A stretch of 64,000 bases of DNA from Eledone cirrhosa (taxonomy: Eukaryota): positions 348,254,001 to 348,318,000 of the forward strand of contig OZ024743.1 of the NCBI GenBank assembly GCA_964016885.1, given 5' to 3'. Positions 36,884-49,693 of this stretch are shown here, piece after piece. Position 1 is the first letter of the stretch. Each line of letters opens with the position of its first letter. The position numbers and the translations under genes are program-made. Under the pieces are notes generated by a model. It made no database searches. It saw nothing but the letters and a program-made list of their open reading frames with translations, and was not told where the DNA came from.

Positions 36884-38435
36884 GTTGAATGAAAAATCTG
36901 AAATTTAGTGATCTGAAATATTAGATCATTAAATCTTAATTACCGTTTTTGGGACGAAATTCTAAAAGCAAAAATCCCCCTCAAAAATTCAAACAAACAA
37001 ACAATCAAAACATCAAGATAAGAAAAAAAATTCTAAACTCATCGATTGTAAACTTTTGTAATTTGGGGTTTCTAAAATTACAAACGTAAAAAAATAAACA
37101 AATTCAAAAAATAAAAATAATATCGGTGTCTTTGACACATCTAGAAGATTCTTCATATTTATGATGGTTCCTATTGCTATTTCTGGCATTAATTAGCTCG
37201 TTATCCAACATATTCTCCCTACTTTGATTTGTAACCTTAAGCGAAATGTGGTAGGCTGGTTGGTGGTTTGTGAATGGTTATTTTATTTCTCTTCTCTTCA
37301 TCATTATATTTTTTAAACCACCTAAATATTTTAAAATGTTTCTCTTTACATTCACTATCTTTTCCCTACTTCCTTTTCTCACTCTTAATATCTTTTCATT
37401 CTCTCTCTTATCCTCCCTATCTTCTTCTATCTACCTCTACCTGGATGTCCATGCATAGTGTTTTGTTTCCCCTCAAAGTTATTATACCTTCATACTCTCT
37501 ATTTGGCTATTAAACTTTTCCAGTTTCCTCCTGCCCATGATGTTATTAAAAAGTGGCTGAAAAGAGTAAAGTGTAGGTTTCACAGTAAAATAAACAATAT
37601 ATCAAATTTGAGGAGTGTTTAGGTAAATTGTTTCAGCAAAATTTTAAAGCACCCTATATATCTACTATATATCTACTCAAGATCAGATATGGTAAATATT
37701 ACTAATGCCAATCCATTACCCTGGTACCTTCATATACCAGTCACAAAAGAGATTTTAAACTATTTATAGAACTCATCTTTCCATGCGAAATAAAGGTTTT
37801 GTGTATTGATTCCACACAGTTTGTTTTGGATAACAAAATTATTGAATTATATTACTCGCAATGTCGATTTTGTAGTGACTAATTTCAGCCAATGCCAGTT
37901 GAGTCTTACCTGTGGATATAACAAAGTGCCGATGAGAGGAAATTATTTACGTGTCCACATGTTGCTGGTTTGATATGGCATCTGAGCTGGTCAATTTATG
38001 CTATTAATTAGTGGAAACTTCTCGAAACTGCCTATAGTAAAGGCAGTTACATCTCTTCCATGATATGTGTATAAGTAATTTAAAGGAACTTCACCTCCGA
38101 ATATATCATGATACATTGTATAACAAAAGACAAATATATTATAACAGTTAAATAACTAAATAACAGCATTCACCACCACCGATATCAACTACAATAACAC
38201 AATAACATAACAACAACAATGGTAAGAACAACACCATGTGACAACCGAGTTAACGAAATACGAGTCTTAATTTTGGCTCGACATCTTTTGGCGATGGTTT
38301 AAACAAATCATTTTAGTCATATATATAACCGCGTATGTACATCGGCCTATCACCTTATATCGGTGCACAACAGGAATTTTCAAACACAAGCTAACATGTA
38401 CGCAGGGTATGTGTGAGTGTCAAAGAGAGATAGAA

Positions 38436-38499
<64 letters not shown>

Positions 38500-39318
38500 T
38501 GTGTGTGGTGTGTGAACCAGAGGGAAAGGAAGAAAAACAGAGGAAAAGATGGGGAAATAGACGGGAGGAGAAAATATCCATTTGAAAGAACAATCACACT
38601 TGACTTGCAATGACAACCAATCAATAAAGACCAAGTTGAAGTTTCACTATAACATGATATCGGAAGGAAGATTTCAAATTAAGATGTCAGTGAACTAAAC
38701 ACCCCTGCTCCATTTCCTGACTCTTTTACCTCCAGGGACGGCAAGGCAATAATTATCAGAACGTTCATATTCTTTCACAACGACTACTGCAACTTTCATC
38801 TAATAAATTGCAAATGGTGTTAAAATGAGATTTCTTGAACCTAATTCCTGTAGAGATCAAAAGTGTCCGGTTTTGCAACAACAACAACAGCCGCAGCAAG
38901 AACAGCTTCACCGCCAGAAGTAGCACTACCAGCAACAAGAACAACAACAGCAGCATCACCGCCAGAAGTAGCACTACTAGTAACATGAACAACAGTACCA
39001 GCATCATCATCTAAAACAGCAATGGCACCGTCATTGATGAAAGAAGCAACAAACATAACCAACGAGAACAGCGCAAGCGATATGAACAGCAGCTTCGTCA
39101 GCTTAGGAATCACATCACATCATCTATGTATGTATGGATGTATCAATGTATGTATGAATGTTTGTTTGTCTAGCTTTTGCCATCTGCGGGATTATTTTAC
39201 AGATACACTCACATGCACATACATATAAACATAGAGGCAGATTTCTGAAGATGTTAGCCCAAAAGAGAATGCTTTGCTCTAATTCTATGTATTCTGTGAT
39301 CAAATCCAAACAGGGACT

Positions 39319-39392
<74 letters not shown>

Positions 39393-39416
39393 CAGAGAGA
39401 GAGTGGGGTAAAGAAT

Positions 39417-39630
39417 GGTTTCTTATATAGGCACAAGGCCTGCAATTTTGGTGAGGGGAAAGTCGATTAAATCGACCCCACTGCGTGAATGGTACATTAT
39501 TTTATCGACCCCGTAAGGATGAAAGGCAAAGTTAACCTCGGCGGGAATTGAACACAGACCGTGAAGGATTGTAACTCTATGCTGCAAAGCATGGTGTCCG
39601 ACCCTCTACCGATACTGCCAATCCACCGCC
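39417..39630 (-). mobile_element. SINE family A (long subtype)
   Basis: Matches 2103-2323. Confidence 0.9.
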
Positions 39631-39644
39631 CTCTGAGTGGGATA

Positions 39645-39950
39645 AAGAATGATCATGGATTCTGCACCACGAATGTTACCCTCCAAAAGCGCAACACCAA
39701 ACAAGTTATTTTGTATGGAAGACCAGCGGTCGATCATGCATACCAGCCTCCCCTTTCTACGTCACAGATGCTGTCTAAGAGAAAGGCAAGGACTGATGTA
39801 GCTTGGTGTCAATGATATTTCAAATCAGTTCTACAGCTGAGTGTATAATGATCAACGTGAAATAAATATCATGCACAAGAAAAGAACGCATACGGCAATC
39901 GAACTCCCTACCTCCCAATTGTGAATCTCTAACAATTAAGCCACAAGCCT
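39645..39950 (-). mobile_element. SINE family B, degenerate
   Basis: Minus strand GGCTTGTGGC..GAGTTCGATTGCC..TTTATTTCACGTTG, shared with 7933-8045. Confidence 0.5.
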
Positions 39951-39991
39951 TCAATCACAATTACACACACATCTATGCAATTATATATATA

Positions 39992-40228
39992 CGAGGGAAA
40001 TCCCAAAAGTAAGGTCTCCAAAGTAATGGGCACGCAGAGAAACTGTTCGTACGGCTGTTGGCAACACTGTTGTGATTGGTGCTCCCATCACTCCCAAACA
40101 AGCATGTGCGCGCTTCGCTGGGATGCTCAATTTTGGCTTGGCAGCCGTTGAGAATGGAGCTCCCGTTGAACGCTACCACCAAGTGCGTCCCCATCGCTTT
40201 GGAGACCTTACTTTTGGGATTACCCTCA
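39992..40228. mobile_element. Tc1/mariner-type MITE
   Basis: 31-bp TIRs with one mismatch (39993-40023, 40197-40227); TA|CGAGGG terminus in (TA)n. Confidence 0.8.
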
Positions 40229-40232
40229 TTTT

Positions 40233-40272
<40 letters not shown>

Positions 40273-40736
40273 GTGTGGGGGGGGGTATAAGTATGATATG
40301 GGGCTAACTGTCCAGGGATGTGCAACCTACATTTTAGTCGGTCCCCTTTGAAGCATATAAAACGAAGCACTCAACGATAGATACAAATGTTGCAAGCTGG
40401 ACCATTATGGTGTATTGAATATATCGAAGACTATATGCAGTTGTATTTAGGTTCATTCTTATCACCATGATGCTATTTCTCTCACGTATCTGGCTCGATA
40501 GTTTTTATTCTGCCAACTCCGATAGTCTGCACTCGTCAGATGGAAAAAAACCCACCATTATTACAATTTAGCACAATTAAAAAAAATTAAAAATATTAAA
40601 ACCTTCTCTTGTGGATGTGTCCCTGTCCCACGTTACTACCACTAAATATCGAAAATAACACGTCATCGTTGTAGGAAAGAATTCCGCAATTAGCCCGTTT
40701 CCGCTGCTCTCTACCAGGCAGCAGCAGCAGCTGCAT

Positions 40737-40768
<32 letters not shown>

Positions 40769-41706
40769 ACAACTATCTCCTCTCAACCCAGTGGTCAACT
40801 TCATCTGCAACACCACCACACCATTATGGTTATACGAGGTAAGGTGTGTGTGGCGGGGGGGCGGGGGGTAACTGCGAATGGCTGGTTGGAATATCATAAC
40901 CGAAAACAAGAAGTAAATATAACATAAAATAAACTAAAATGAAATGAATATATTTAGAATAGATAACGCTATATCTTGATAATTAAATAATGTATATAAC
41001 GTATATAACATAGTTGTTTTATATTTAATGTTTAACTGGGCCAAATGTTCTAAATTTGTGAGAACCCTTCTCCATTTATACTACGACATTTCTCTATAGT
41101 TTAATGGGTCACATCAAAATGTCCAAGCCCCAGCTTAGGAAATTCATGCACTCGATGAGGGGAATGCCAGAGTGAAATATGTTGCAACATTGTGAATATC
41201 CCTAGGGGTGGACAGTAGGTATGTTCCCCACAGTCTGCATTATTGATCGGACCAACTTGTCTAACCGTTAAGAAGCTATTAGGGAGATCTGTAAACAATT
41301 TAAGGTAAATATAATAAGGAAGGTAAATTAGAGATGAATTAAATTAAAATAACGTAAATATGGTGAGTTACGTACAGTAAAATAAGAGAAACAGCATGGT
41401 TTAAATGTATTGGAGGTGAAACATATGGAGAGAACAAAGAATGGATAACATCGTAATACAAGAAGAAAATGAAAATGTACAAATAAAACAGAGGAAAGAA
41501 AGTAACGTAACACAGTAAATGATCCGCAGAAGAGTAACTAATCATAGATACAAATGTGCCTAAAAATATATAGAATATGGATGTATGTGTGTTTGTGTTT
41601 GTGAATGTGTGAATGTCTGCATGCACGTATTTTTGTATTATGTATCTGTATATGTGTGCCTCGTCCAATTTATTTAAAAAAATAGATAAGCCAAAGAAAA
41701 TGTACA

Positions 41707-41887
41707 AAGTTCAAATATTGGGTCAAAAGGCCCAAATATTATAAAGTCTCTCTTTAACAGGTCACTGTGAGTAGTCCTACGAACCCGTTTCAGCAAAAAT
41801 GAAATACAATTCCCTCAAAAAAAAAAAACTTTCAACTTCAAAAACTCACAAAGCCTCCAAATAACACGTCTACTCTTGTCGACGAAC
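41707..41887 (-). mobile_element. Probable Tx1-like 5'UTR fragment
   Basis: Follows (ATT)n on minus; TATAATATTTGGGCCTTTTGACCCAATATTT resembles the copy A hairpin at 14276-14306. Confidence 0.5.
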
Positions 41888-41897
41888 AATAATAATA

Positions 41898-42046
41898 ATT
41901 GTTTCTACATTAGGCACAAGGCCAACAGCGTTACTGGTATTTTATTTTATCGACCCTGTAAGGTCGAAAGGCAAAGTAGACCTTGGTGGTATTTGAACGC
42001 AGGCTTTAAAGAGCTGGAGTAAATGCAGCAAGGCCAATCCACTGCA
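41898..42046 (-). mobile_element. SINE family A, degenerate
   Basis: TTGTTTCTACATTAGGCACAAGGCC...TTATCGACCC...GAAAGGCAAAGT; (ATT)n tail on its own strand. Confidence 0.75.
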
Positions 42047-42049
42047 GAT

Positions 42050-42986
42050 CGCCAATGACTACCTACAGAGCATTTTATGAGAATAATGATATCGACAAAC
42101 TGTATTTAAAAAGTGCTGAAGACGGGAGAGATCTTATTAGTGTTGAGGAGTGTGTTAAGATAAAGAAGCGTTGTTTACATAAATATGATCCTGGAAGTAA
42201 CGAACCAATGTTTAAGCTGTATTGATGGACAAGATATTAGATATGTCCAATAAAATGTATTGATAAAGAGTAAAACACAACCTGAATAAAAAAAGCTCTT
42301 CAAAACATTTAGTTGAAGAAATATTTAGAGATCCGCAGTCATGGGACAGGTTAAAAAATGGCTCCTTAAAAGGGCCAGAGTGAATGCTACTGGCTGCGAA
42401 GGGACACGCCCCTAGATTGAAATGGATGAAACATTTTATTGTCTGCCTTGCAGGATCTGTGGAAAGAGGAAGAAAACTGTGGATCACATCGTATCCGAGT
42501 GTAAACACATTGTCTAGACTCGTTATAAATGCTGGAGACTTGATATCATAAGAAAAGTGATCCACTGGCATTTATGCAAACTGAATAATTTGCACCACTC
42601 CGATAAGACATGTGAGTGTAATCCATGTGAGTGTAAACATGTGAGTGAGTCGGTAGTAGAAAACGATTGCGTGGAGGTTTTGTGGGATATCAAGAGGGAA
42701 AAAGATAAAGAATTAGAAACCAAGAGGCCTGACATTGAAAAAGAACACATATGTTGCTTGACTATATATGTAGCTTGCTCCTTGGACATAATATGGGGAG
42801 GGGGGGGGAGAAAATTAACCAGTAACATGATTTAAAGTGGGAATTGAAAAGGATTTGGGACTGTTATAATATCAAGGTACCCCGTCGAAATAGGAGCACT
42901 AGGTGCCGTTTCGAATAGTTTCCAATGTCACCTAAAATCATTAGCCCATCTACCTTTTTCTGAAACACTACAAAAGGCATGCCTAC
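42050..42986 (+). pseudogene. Old decayed Dong-Y-related fragment
   Basis: DIDKLYLKSAEDGRDLISVEECV, VIHWHLCK, EVLWD..RPD, QKACL. Confidence 0.85.
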
Positions 42987-43869
42987 GTACATTATTACGA
43001 GAAAATAAAGGAGTATATATACACTCCTTATACCCAAACACAGAAATGTACGTACGTATGCATGAATACCTATAACCTGAGAGAGAGTGAGAGAAAATTG
43101 TAGCGAAATCGTGTTAAGAGTATATCTGCGGATATCAAATGCATATATATCTGTCTGTGCGTGTGTAAGTGTATATATGTGTAAATGTGAATGTGCGTGT
43201 GTAAATTCATACACACACATACATCTCTCTTTTTCTCGAGCTCTCCACTACCGTCTCTCTCTATTTATGTATATGTTTCTGTGTGTACGTATATGTGGGT
43301 ATATATATATATATATATGTCTGTGCGTATATATGTATCTATGTAAATATCGAATAGCAATCACTTTCCTGTCAAGAACATTCTATCATCGATGGGTAAT
43401 GTTCAGAATAGGTCCAAAAAGAAAAAGCTTTTAATCTTAATTACAGCAGGATTCTAGGTGTAAGATTCACTGAATCGTCAAATTATATATCGCTAGTCAT
43501 TACGTCACAGACTAATAGTTAATGATCACGAATTCCTTATTAAAGGTAGATAAATAATTGTTTGCGCAGACACGCACATGTACACTCAAGCAACCTCATA
43601 TACCGAACTACACACACATACAAATATACATCAGATACAAATGTAAATATATATATATACATACATATATATAACGAAGGAAGTGTGGTAAGGAACCAGG
43701 TGGACCCTAACCCACCAGAGTACTCGATACTTTGGGTAGTAGAGTAGGTAATAGGAAAATGTTCAGGACCCGGACGGCAGAGCACAAGCCGTTTTGGCGG
43801 CTATTTCTGGACTCAGAGTCCTGAAATAGCCGTCGAAACGGCATGAGCTCAGCTGTCGCTGTCCTCAAC

Positions 43870-43910
<41 letters not shown>

Positions 43911-44218
43911 TTGTAATAGAATGAAAACGACATTTCATTTCTCACTCTTAGGACGGCACTTACTTAAATGTAAGTATGTATGTATACGTACATACATATA
44001 TGTATACAGACGTACAGTAGCATGCATATATATATATATATATATCTATATATATATATATACATACAGGTACACATACATATATGTACGTATCAGTTTA
44101 GCGGACGTTTATTATAACGCCCGCTTTGTCCGTTTGTAAACAAGCTGACAGCCTGAATTTATGCCGTACGGTGTTAAGGCAACCACGTCACCTTTTTGTT
44201 CAACACTGACACAGGAAC

Positions 44219-44257
44219 GATGTACTAGTTTCAAGCTTCTTAGCTATCATCAGCACC
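44219..44257 (-). ncRNA. Minimal type I hammerhead ribozyme
   Basis: GGTG-CTGATGA-T-AGCT-AAGA-AGCT-T-GAAA-CTAG-TA-CATC; palindrome ACTAGT, GUA triplet. Confidence 0.8.
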
Positions 44258-44464
44258 GTATACCCTTCTGCCAGATGGTTGAACGTTCGAAAGTATATAC
44301 TTTCCTAATGAAAATTAACGGCTGAGCAGCCTAATTTGCATATCGAGTGAGTTCATATATATATATATATATATAATGGAAAAATTTGAACAGGAACAAA
44401 ACAGAGAGGCAGTACAACGAATGTTTATTAATTTCACGCTCAGGAGAGTGGGGTGGTGGTGGGG

Positions 44465-44498
44465 AACGACGTTTCGGGCATAAGCCCTTCCTCAGGTG
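44465..44498 (-). ncRNA. Minimal Penelope-type hammerhead
   Basis: CTGAGGA-A-GGGC-TTAT-GCCC-GAAA-CG-TC; ACGT palindrome as stem III. Confidence 0.8.
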
Positions 44499-45146
44499 AG
44501 AAGTGTGTGGGAAGAGAGTTCAAAGGGTGTGTAGGGGAGTGGTGGAGAGACATATAGCGAAAAGGGGGTGGGAGGCAACGGTGCGAATGAAATTAAAAAT
44601 AAAAATAAAAATAAAGCATGATCAAAATAAAATGAAATGAAATTAAAATAAATATAAAAGCATGATCAAAATAAAATGGAATGAAATAAAAATAAATATA
44701 AAAGCATGATCAAAATAAACTGAAATTAAAAAGGGGTAAAACAGGTGGTTGAAGGGTGTGGGTTGGGGGGTGTTAGTGATGTTAGTTGCGTGTGGGGTGG
44801 GTGGTGTAAATGGGTGCGTGTGTTCGTGTGCTTGGGGTCAGGGGGTGTTAGTGATGTTAGTTGCGGGGTGGTGGGATGGAGGTGTGGGGGTGATGGTTAG
44901 TGGTGGTAGTAGGGTGTGTGTTTAGTGTGAGCGCGTGTATATATGTGCCGGTGGGTGTGTGAGTGTGAGGGGGGGGGGAAGAAGGGAGGGATGTTAGTAT
45001 GTTTGTTGGGGAAGGGTGGTCGGATGAGGGGTGGAGTGGAGGTGTTAGTATTGTTAGTTGTGGGTTGGGCGGTGAAAAGGAGGGGTGTGTTAGTGGTGTT
45101 AGTGGGGATATGTGTGTGTGGGGGGGGGGGGGGGGTCGGTTGAAGG

Positions 45147-46281
45147 CTAAAGGAATAAGGGTGGGGAGTTCAAGGCGGGGGGAGTGTGGGTCTGTAAGAT
45201 GAAGATGGTTCTTTGTTCGACTCTGAGGAGATTGGCGGGTGTTCTGTGGCATTGGAGTAGGCCACAGACTGTGAGATGGCATGCGGAATGTCCAGGGGCA
45301 CCAAAGTGACGGGCGATGGGGGAACTACCACCGAGACGAATATCCCGGAGGTGCTCAGTGAATCGGTCCACCAGGCGACGTCCCGTCTGTCCGTAGACTA
45401 GGTTGGAGGAGGTGCAGCGGAAGGCATGCCGCACAGAGAGAGGGTGGCCGTTGGGACCCTGGAAGATGGTGGTGTTGGTGATGTGGAGACATGGGTTGCA
45501 GCGGGGCCTAGAACAGGGAAAGGAACCGGGGGCGGGAAGCGTGGGTTGTGGGGTAGGGAGCTGTGGACGAGGAGGGTGCGGAGATTGCATGCGCGTTTGA
45601 AGGAGGGGAGTGGTGGGGTTGGGAAGATGTGGGAGGTGGAGGGGTCGGACTGGAGGCGTCGGATGGTGCGGTATAGGGGTAAGGTGGAGGGGTGGTAGGT
45701 GATGGGGAAGGGGAGATGGTGGGTGGGTGTGCGGTGGCGTGGGGTGAAGGTGGTGGAGCGGTGGACAGCACGGGCGCGGTGAGAGCGGTGTGGACGAGGA
45801 GGGGGGGAACCTCTGCTGATGAAATGGCTGACTAGGGAAAGGGCCTGGGACTCGAAGTCAGCATCTCGGCTACAGAGGCGGCGGATCCTGAGGAGTTGGG
45901 AGTAGGGAATAGAGTGTTTAGTGTGTGTGGGGTGGGAAGAGGTGAAGTCGAGGTAAGAGTGGGAGTCGGTGGGTTTGAAGAAGGCGGAGGTGATGAAGGA
46001 GTGGTGGGAGGGGTCGAAGGCGACGGAGATGTCTAAGAAGTGGACGTGGGTGGTGGAGATAGAGGTGGTGAAGTGGAGGGAGTGGTGGATGGAGCAGAAG
46101 AAGGAGAGAAAGGAGTCGAGCTGTTCTCGGGTGAGGGTCGTGGCTCCGATACAGTCGTCAATGTAACGACCGTACAGTTCGGGCGTGGGGCCGGTGTACT
46201 GGGCAAAGATTTGGGCCTCAACATGGCCAACAAAAAGGTTGGCATAGTTCGGGCCCATTCTTGTACCCATGGCTACGCCCA
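45147..46281 (-). pseudogene. Penelope-like RT and GIY-YIG endonuclease, frameshifted
   Basis: GVAMGTRMGPNYANLF, RYIDD, FLD, KPTDSHSYL, SIPYSQ; CTSSNLVY fused to GQTGRRL.DRF.EH (GIY-to-YIG spacer missing). Confidence 0.92.
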
Positions 46282-46330
46282 GAGAGAGAGAGAAGGTGAG
46301 AGATAGAGATAGATAGATATAGATATATAC

Positions 46331-46398
<68 letters not shown>

Positions 46399-46589
46399 TT
46401 CTATGAAAGTATTAATGTATGTGTGATGGGTCCGTGATATTGTGAAATATGTTTTAGATTTGAGAAAATATTACTTAGCGATAGAGAATAAAGAAAGACA
46501 GAGATATAGAGAAAGGGAGGGTGGATAGGAAGTTGCATGATATAGACCTTTTCTGTGTTTTGCTAGAGACTTTACCATTGTATTTCCTT

Positions 46590-47455
46590 GTTTTTATTCA
46601 TATTCACAGAAACAACGCCATCTGTACAGAAAGTCATACAGAGGGATGACATATGTTGAGTATGGAGAGAATGGAGGGGAACATCAAGAAATAACTACAG
46701 CAATTAGGTAATTCCTCCAATCTTCACTAATGAGCATGATATCTCCAGTCTCCTTTGCCATCTGTTGTGGGTGTATTCACACTTGCACATGCAGAATATT
46801 AATGATACACAAGCTATGCTTTCCAGCATAGTTACGTCCCTTTACAGTCTGAGTTCAAATCCCGCCGAGGTTTACTTTGCCTTTCATCCTTACGGGGTCG
46901 ATAAAATAAAGTACCAGCAATGCACTGGGTAATTGCTGGCCTTGTGCCTAAAGTAGAAACAATTAATGATACACAAGTCAGAAAGACAGGTATAACTGCA
47001 ATATCAAGATGCATCTGGGTAGCTGGCACTTATTTCACAAAAGGGGTAGGTATGTTGTAGCTACGAGGCATCATTGTACTAACATTGACAGGAAGACAAC
47101 GTCTCGGAACATTTATAACTGTTCGAAAGTGCGGGAAGAAAGAAGAGGAGAGTAATAATCCAAGGGAAAGTAAAGGACCTGAATAAGGAACCTGGGAAAT
47201 AAATGTCTGTGAAAATAGCACTCAAGGGAGTCTGGACCAAATGGGACTTCCGAAAGATTAAGATCACTTGGGCAGATTTTAGAGATTGCAACCTTTCCAA
47301 ATCGCCTTCCTTTGTGAGCAGTGTATGACACAATATGGGCTCCAACAAAGTTGCCTGGGAAGGACATTGGGAAGATGAAACGTGTAAGCACTTTAGACGG
47401 AGTGGTACAATGGCGTACTATCTATCAGGTTGTAAAACATCACTCGCATAATGTA
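46590..47455 (+). pseudogene. Decayed RLE retrotransposon relic (Hero-like), interrupted by a SINE
   Basis: Fragments QGVWTKW..KITWADF, AVYD, YLSGCK resemble Hero-clade C-termini as I recall them; clade needs a search. Confidence 0.55.
46814..46961 (+). mobile_element. 5'-truncated SINE family A with 16-bp TSD
   Basis: ATTAATGATACACAAG at 46798-46813 and 46962-46977. Confidence 0.92.
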
Positions 47456-47625
47456 GATATTTATGTAGCCACAACTTGCTCATCATGACAGACACAAGTA
47501 TCACCAAACATAAAGGAAACACACACCGTCAATCAGACTTATGAAAGAATGAGGAAAGAGATCTTCCACACTTAGAATAATATGTGGCCTACTACTCCTA
47601 CTACACACAGACACACACACACAAC

Positions 47626-47656
<31 letters not shown>

Positions 47657-47818
47657 TTGAAAAGCGGGTAAGGTTATATACAAAACAAAAAAAGAAAGGA
47701 AAACAACATGGAACTATATTTAAAGAATCTGTATTCTTTTTTTTCTTCTTTAATCCGACAAAGTGTTATTGAAAAAAGGAGTAAAACAATGTTTTAAAGA
47801 AGGGGTATTATAAATAAA

Positions 47819-47857
47819 TATATTACCGGTTTCGATGAAATCCATCTTATCAAATTT
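47819..47857 (-). ncRNA. Minimal hammerhead, U3-A8 variant
   Basis: TTGATAA-GATG-GATTT-CATC-GAAA-CCGG-TA; palindrome ACCGGT; weak stem I. Confidence 0.7.
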
Positions 47858-48032
47858 CAAAAATTAAAATAAAAATTTAAAAATTAAGAATTAAAAATAA
47901 AGTCTTGAGGAACGTCTATTCATATTTCGTGTTGAGAGGAAGATTGGATAACATTAGAAAACAATACTTTATATATATATGCACACTATGACACACACTC
48001 TCTCTATATATATATACACACTATTAGATAAT

Positions 48033-48510
48033 ACTAGCAGAAAAACCACACTTCGGGTGGTTTTCTGCTAGCATGTGTAGTGTGTATATTGATATTATAC
48101 GCAAGTATACAAGCATGTAGATATGACACATCAAATAAAATCGTAATTGTCAATATACACAGAAATTGAACGAACACTGCGTTACACTGTCTTATGTAAT
48201 CAGTAACTTAATCCATGATACATTAAAAAAAGACGATATTATATATAAACCACATTAGGAGAAAATTAGTGACAGAAATATACGTATGTTTATTTAAACG
48301 ATCGCTAACCGGAAGTGTTGACATTTGAACATTTTAAAGAAGTGAATCTTTAAATAAGTAATAAAATATATTTAATAAACAGCTAAGAAATTTAGTAGAT
48401 TAATTATGTAATATTCATTCATTATTTATACAAAGTAATTCATCTTATTTTACTAAGGGGATAACAAATTATAAACTGTACGCAGTCCCGCACTTCTTAC
48501 TTTATTATAG
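48033..48510 (-). mobile_element. Non-autonomous Helitron-like repeat, second copy
   Basis: Reverse-complement homolog of 29354-29814. Confidence 0.6.
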
Positions 48511-49222
48511 TTTAGATTATAATTATTATTCTAATAAGAAGAAGAATTAAGACCCAATGGTTTCAATCTCTTCGTTTACAATTTGCTTAAGAAATTCCTT
48601 TGGAGCATACGCATAGGATTAATTGTTATAAAACATTCCCAGTCAGAATTCCTAAAGCTATGAACTCAACATTTCTTTAATTGAAACAGCCAGTGTTGTA
48701 CAAGAAAATCTACATCTAAGCTGGTACAGTACTTGTTCAAATTTCGTGGAGAATCCGCTGATCATCGATTAATAAATCCATAAAAAGCTAGTTCCGGACG
48801 AAGGAAATATTATCAGCCAGCAATCTTATGAGTGATTTCAAAAAATCGACCTAATTATTATATCTTCAGGTCGGTCCCAGTAGCCAACGTGTAGCATTAA
48901 CTGCTACGCGGTCATCAAATAACAGTAGCAGTGACCGACTGTTTGGGGTTGGCGGTAATGCTTAATATAGCAGCATGATGTCACCAATAAGGAGCACTCG
49001 ACCATAATTAAAGGGCTACCAAACGTTTTCGTTACTTTCTAAACTGATCTGCACCCAAAACTCCGTCAAATCTATTGGGGTCATACAGGGGCCAGCCATC
49101 AAATAAACAACACCACGCATTCGGCCGGCCCAATTTATTATTTAAAGGAAATAGTTTTTCCGGGAAATTATTAGATTTTTCCAAATTTAAAGGTTTCTTC
49201 GGAACTTTCTTTGTTTATTTTA

Positions 49223-49278
49223 GGTCTGAAGATTTCAGGCTATAATAATTGATAGCCCTCAGTGAAATATGTATAACG
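49223..49278 (+). ncRNA. Degenerate hammerhead-like motif
   Basis: CTGAAGA..GGCTAT/ATAGCC hairpin..GAAATATGTATAAC, shortly before (TA)n. Confidence 0.45.
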
Positions 49279-49335
49279 GAGATTTAAATAAACCTGAATC
49301 AATTGAATATGGGTTCCGATCTTTTATTAATATAT

Positions 49336-49368
<33 letters not shown>

Positions 49369-49380
49369 AATATATATATA

Positions 49381-49513
49381 TATGAAAGACGTAAAATAAG
49401 AAAAATTTTAAAAATTTAAAATTAACTTACTTACTAACATTTTCACTCCATATAATTTTAGTAAGTAAGTTAATTTTTAATTTTTAAAATTTTTTTATTT
49501 TACGTCTTTCATA
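49381..49513. repeat. Fold-back inverted repeat, ~57-bp arms
   Basis: TATGAAAGACGTAAAATAA...CTTACTTACTAA / TTAGTAAGTAAG...TTATTTTACGTCTTTCATA. Confidence 0.92.
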
Positions 49514-49619
49514 GAATTGTTCTGCATCCCCCTGCACTGAACCACATAGGTACTTTGACATACCTTATATATTTGCTAGCATTAGTGTACATCTGTACGC
49601 AGATGTTGGTAGATAAACT

Positions 49620-49693
<74 letters not shown>

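Larger units (their letters stand above)
44378..46281 (-). mobile_element. 5'-truncated Penelope-like element
   Basis: RT end plus GIY-YIG, C/T-rich 3' region with a ~43-bp tandem repeat (~44610-44730), terminal hammerhead; bounded by (TA)n and (GA)n. Confidence 0.9.

Noticed and set aside
36664-36888. His-rich or Met-rich peptide
   Set aside because: (AAT)n/(CAT)n repeat following a retrotransposon tail.
48520-49000. Possible Penelope RT relic on minus
   Set aside because: Motif resemblance too fragmentary without BLASTX.
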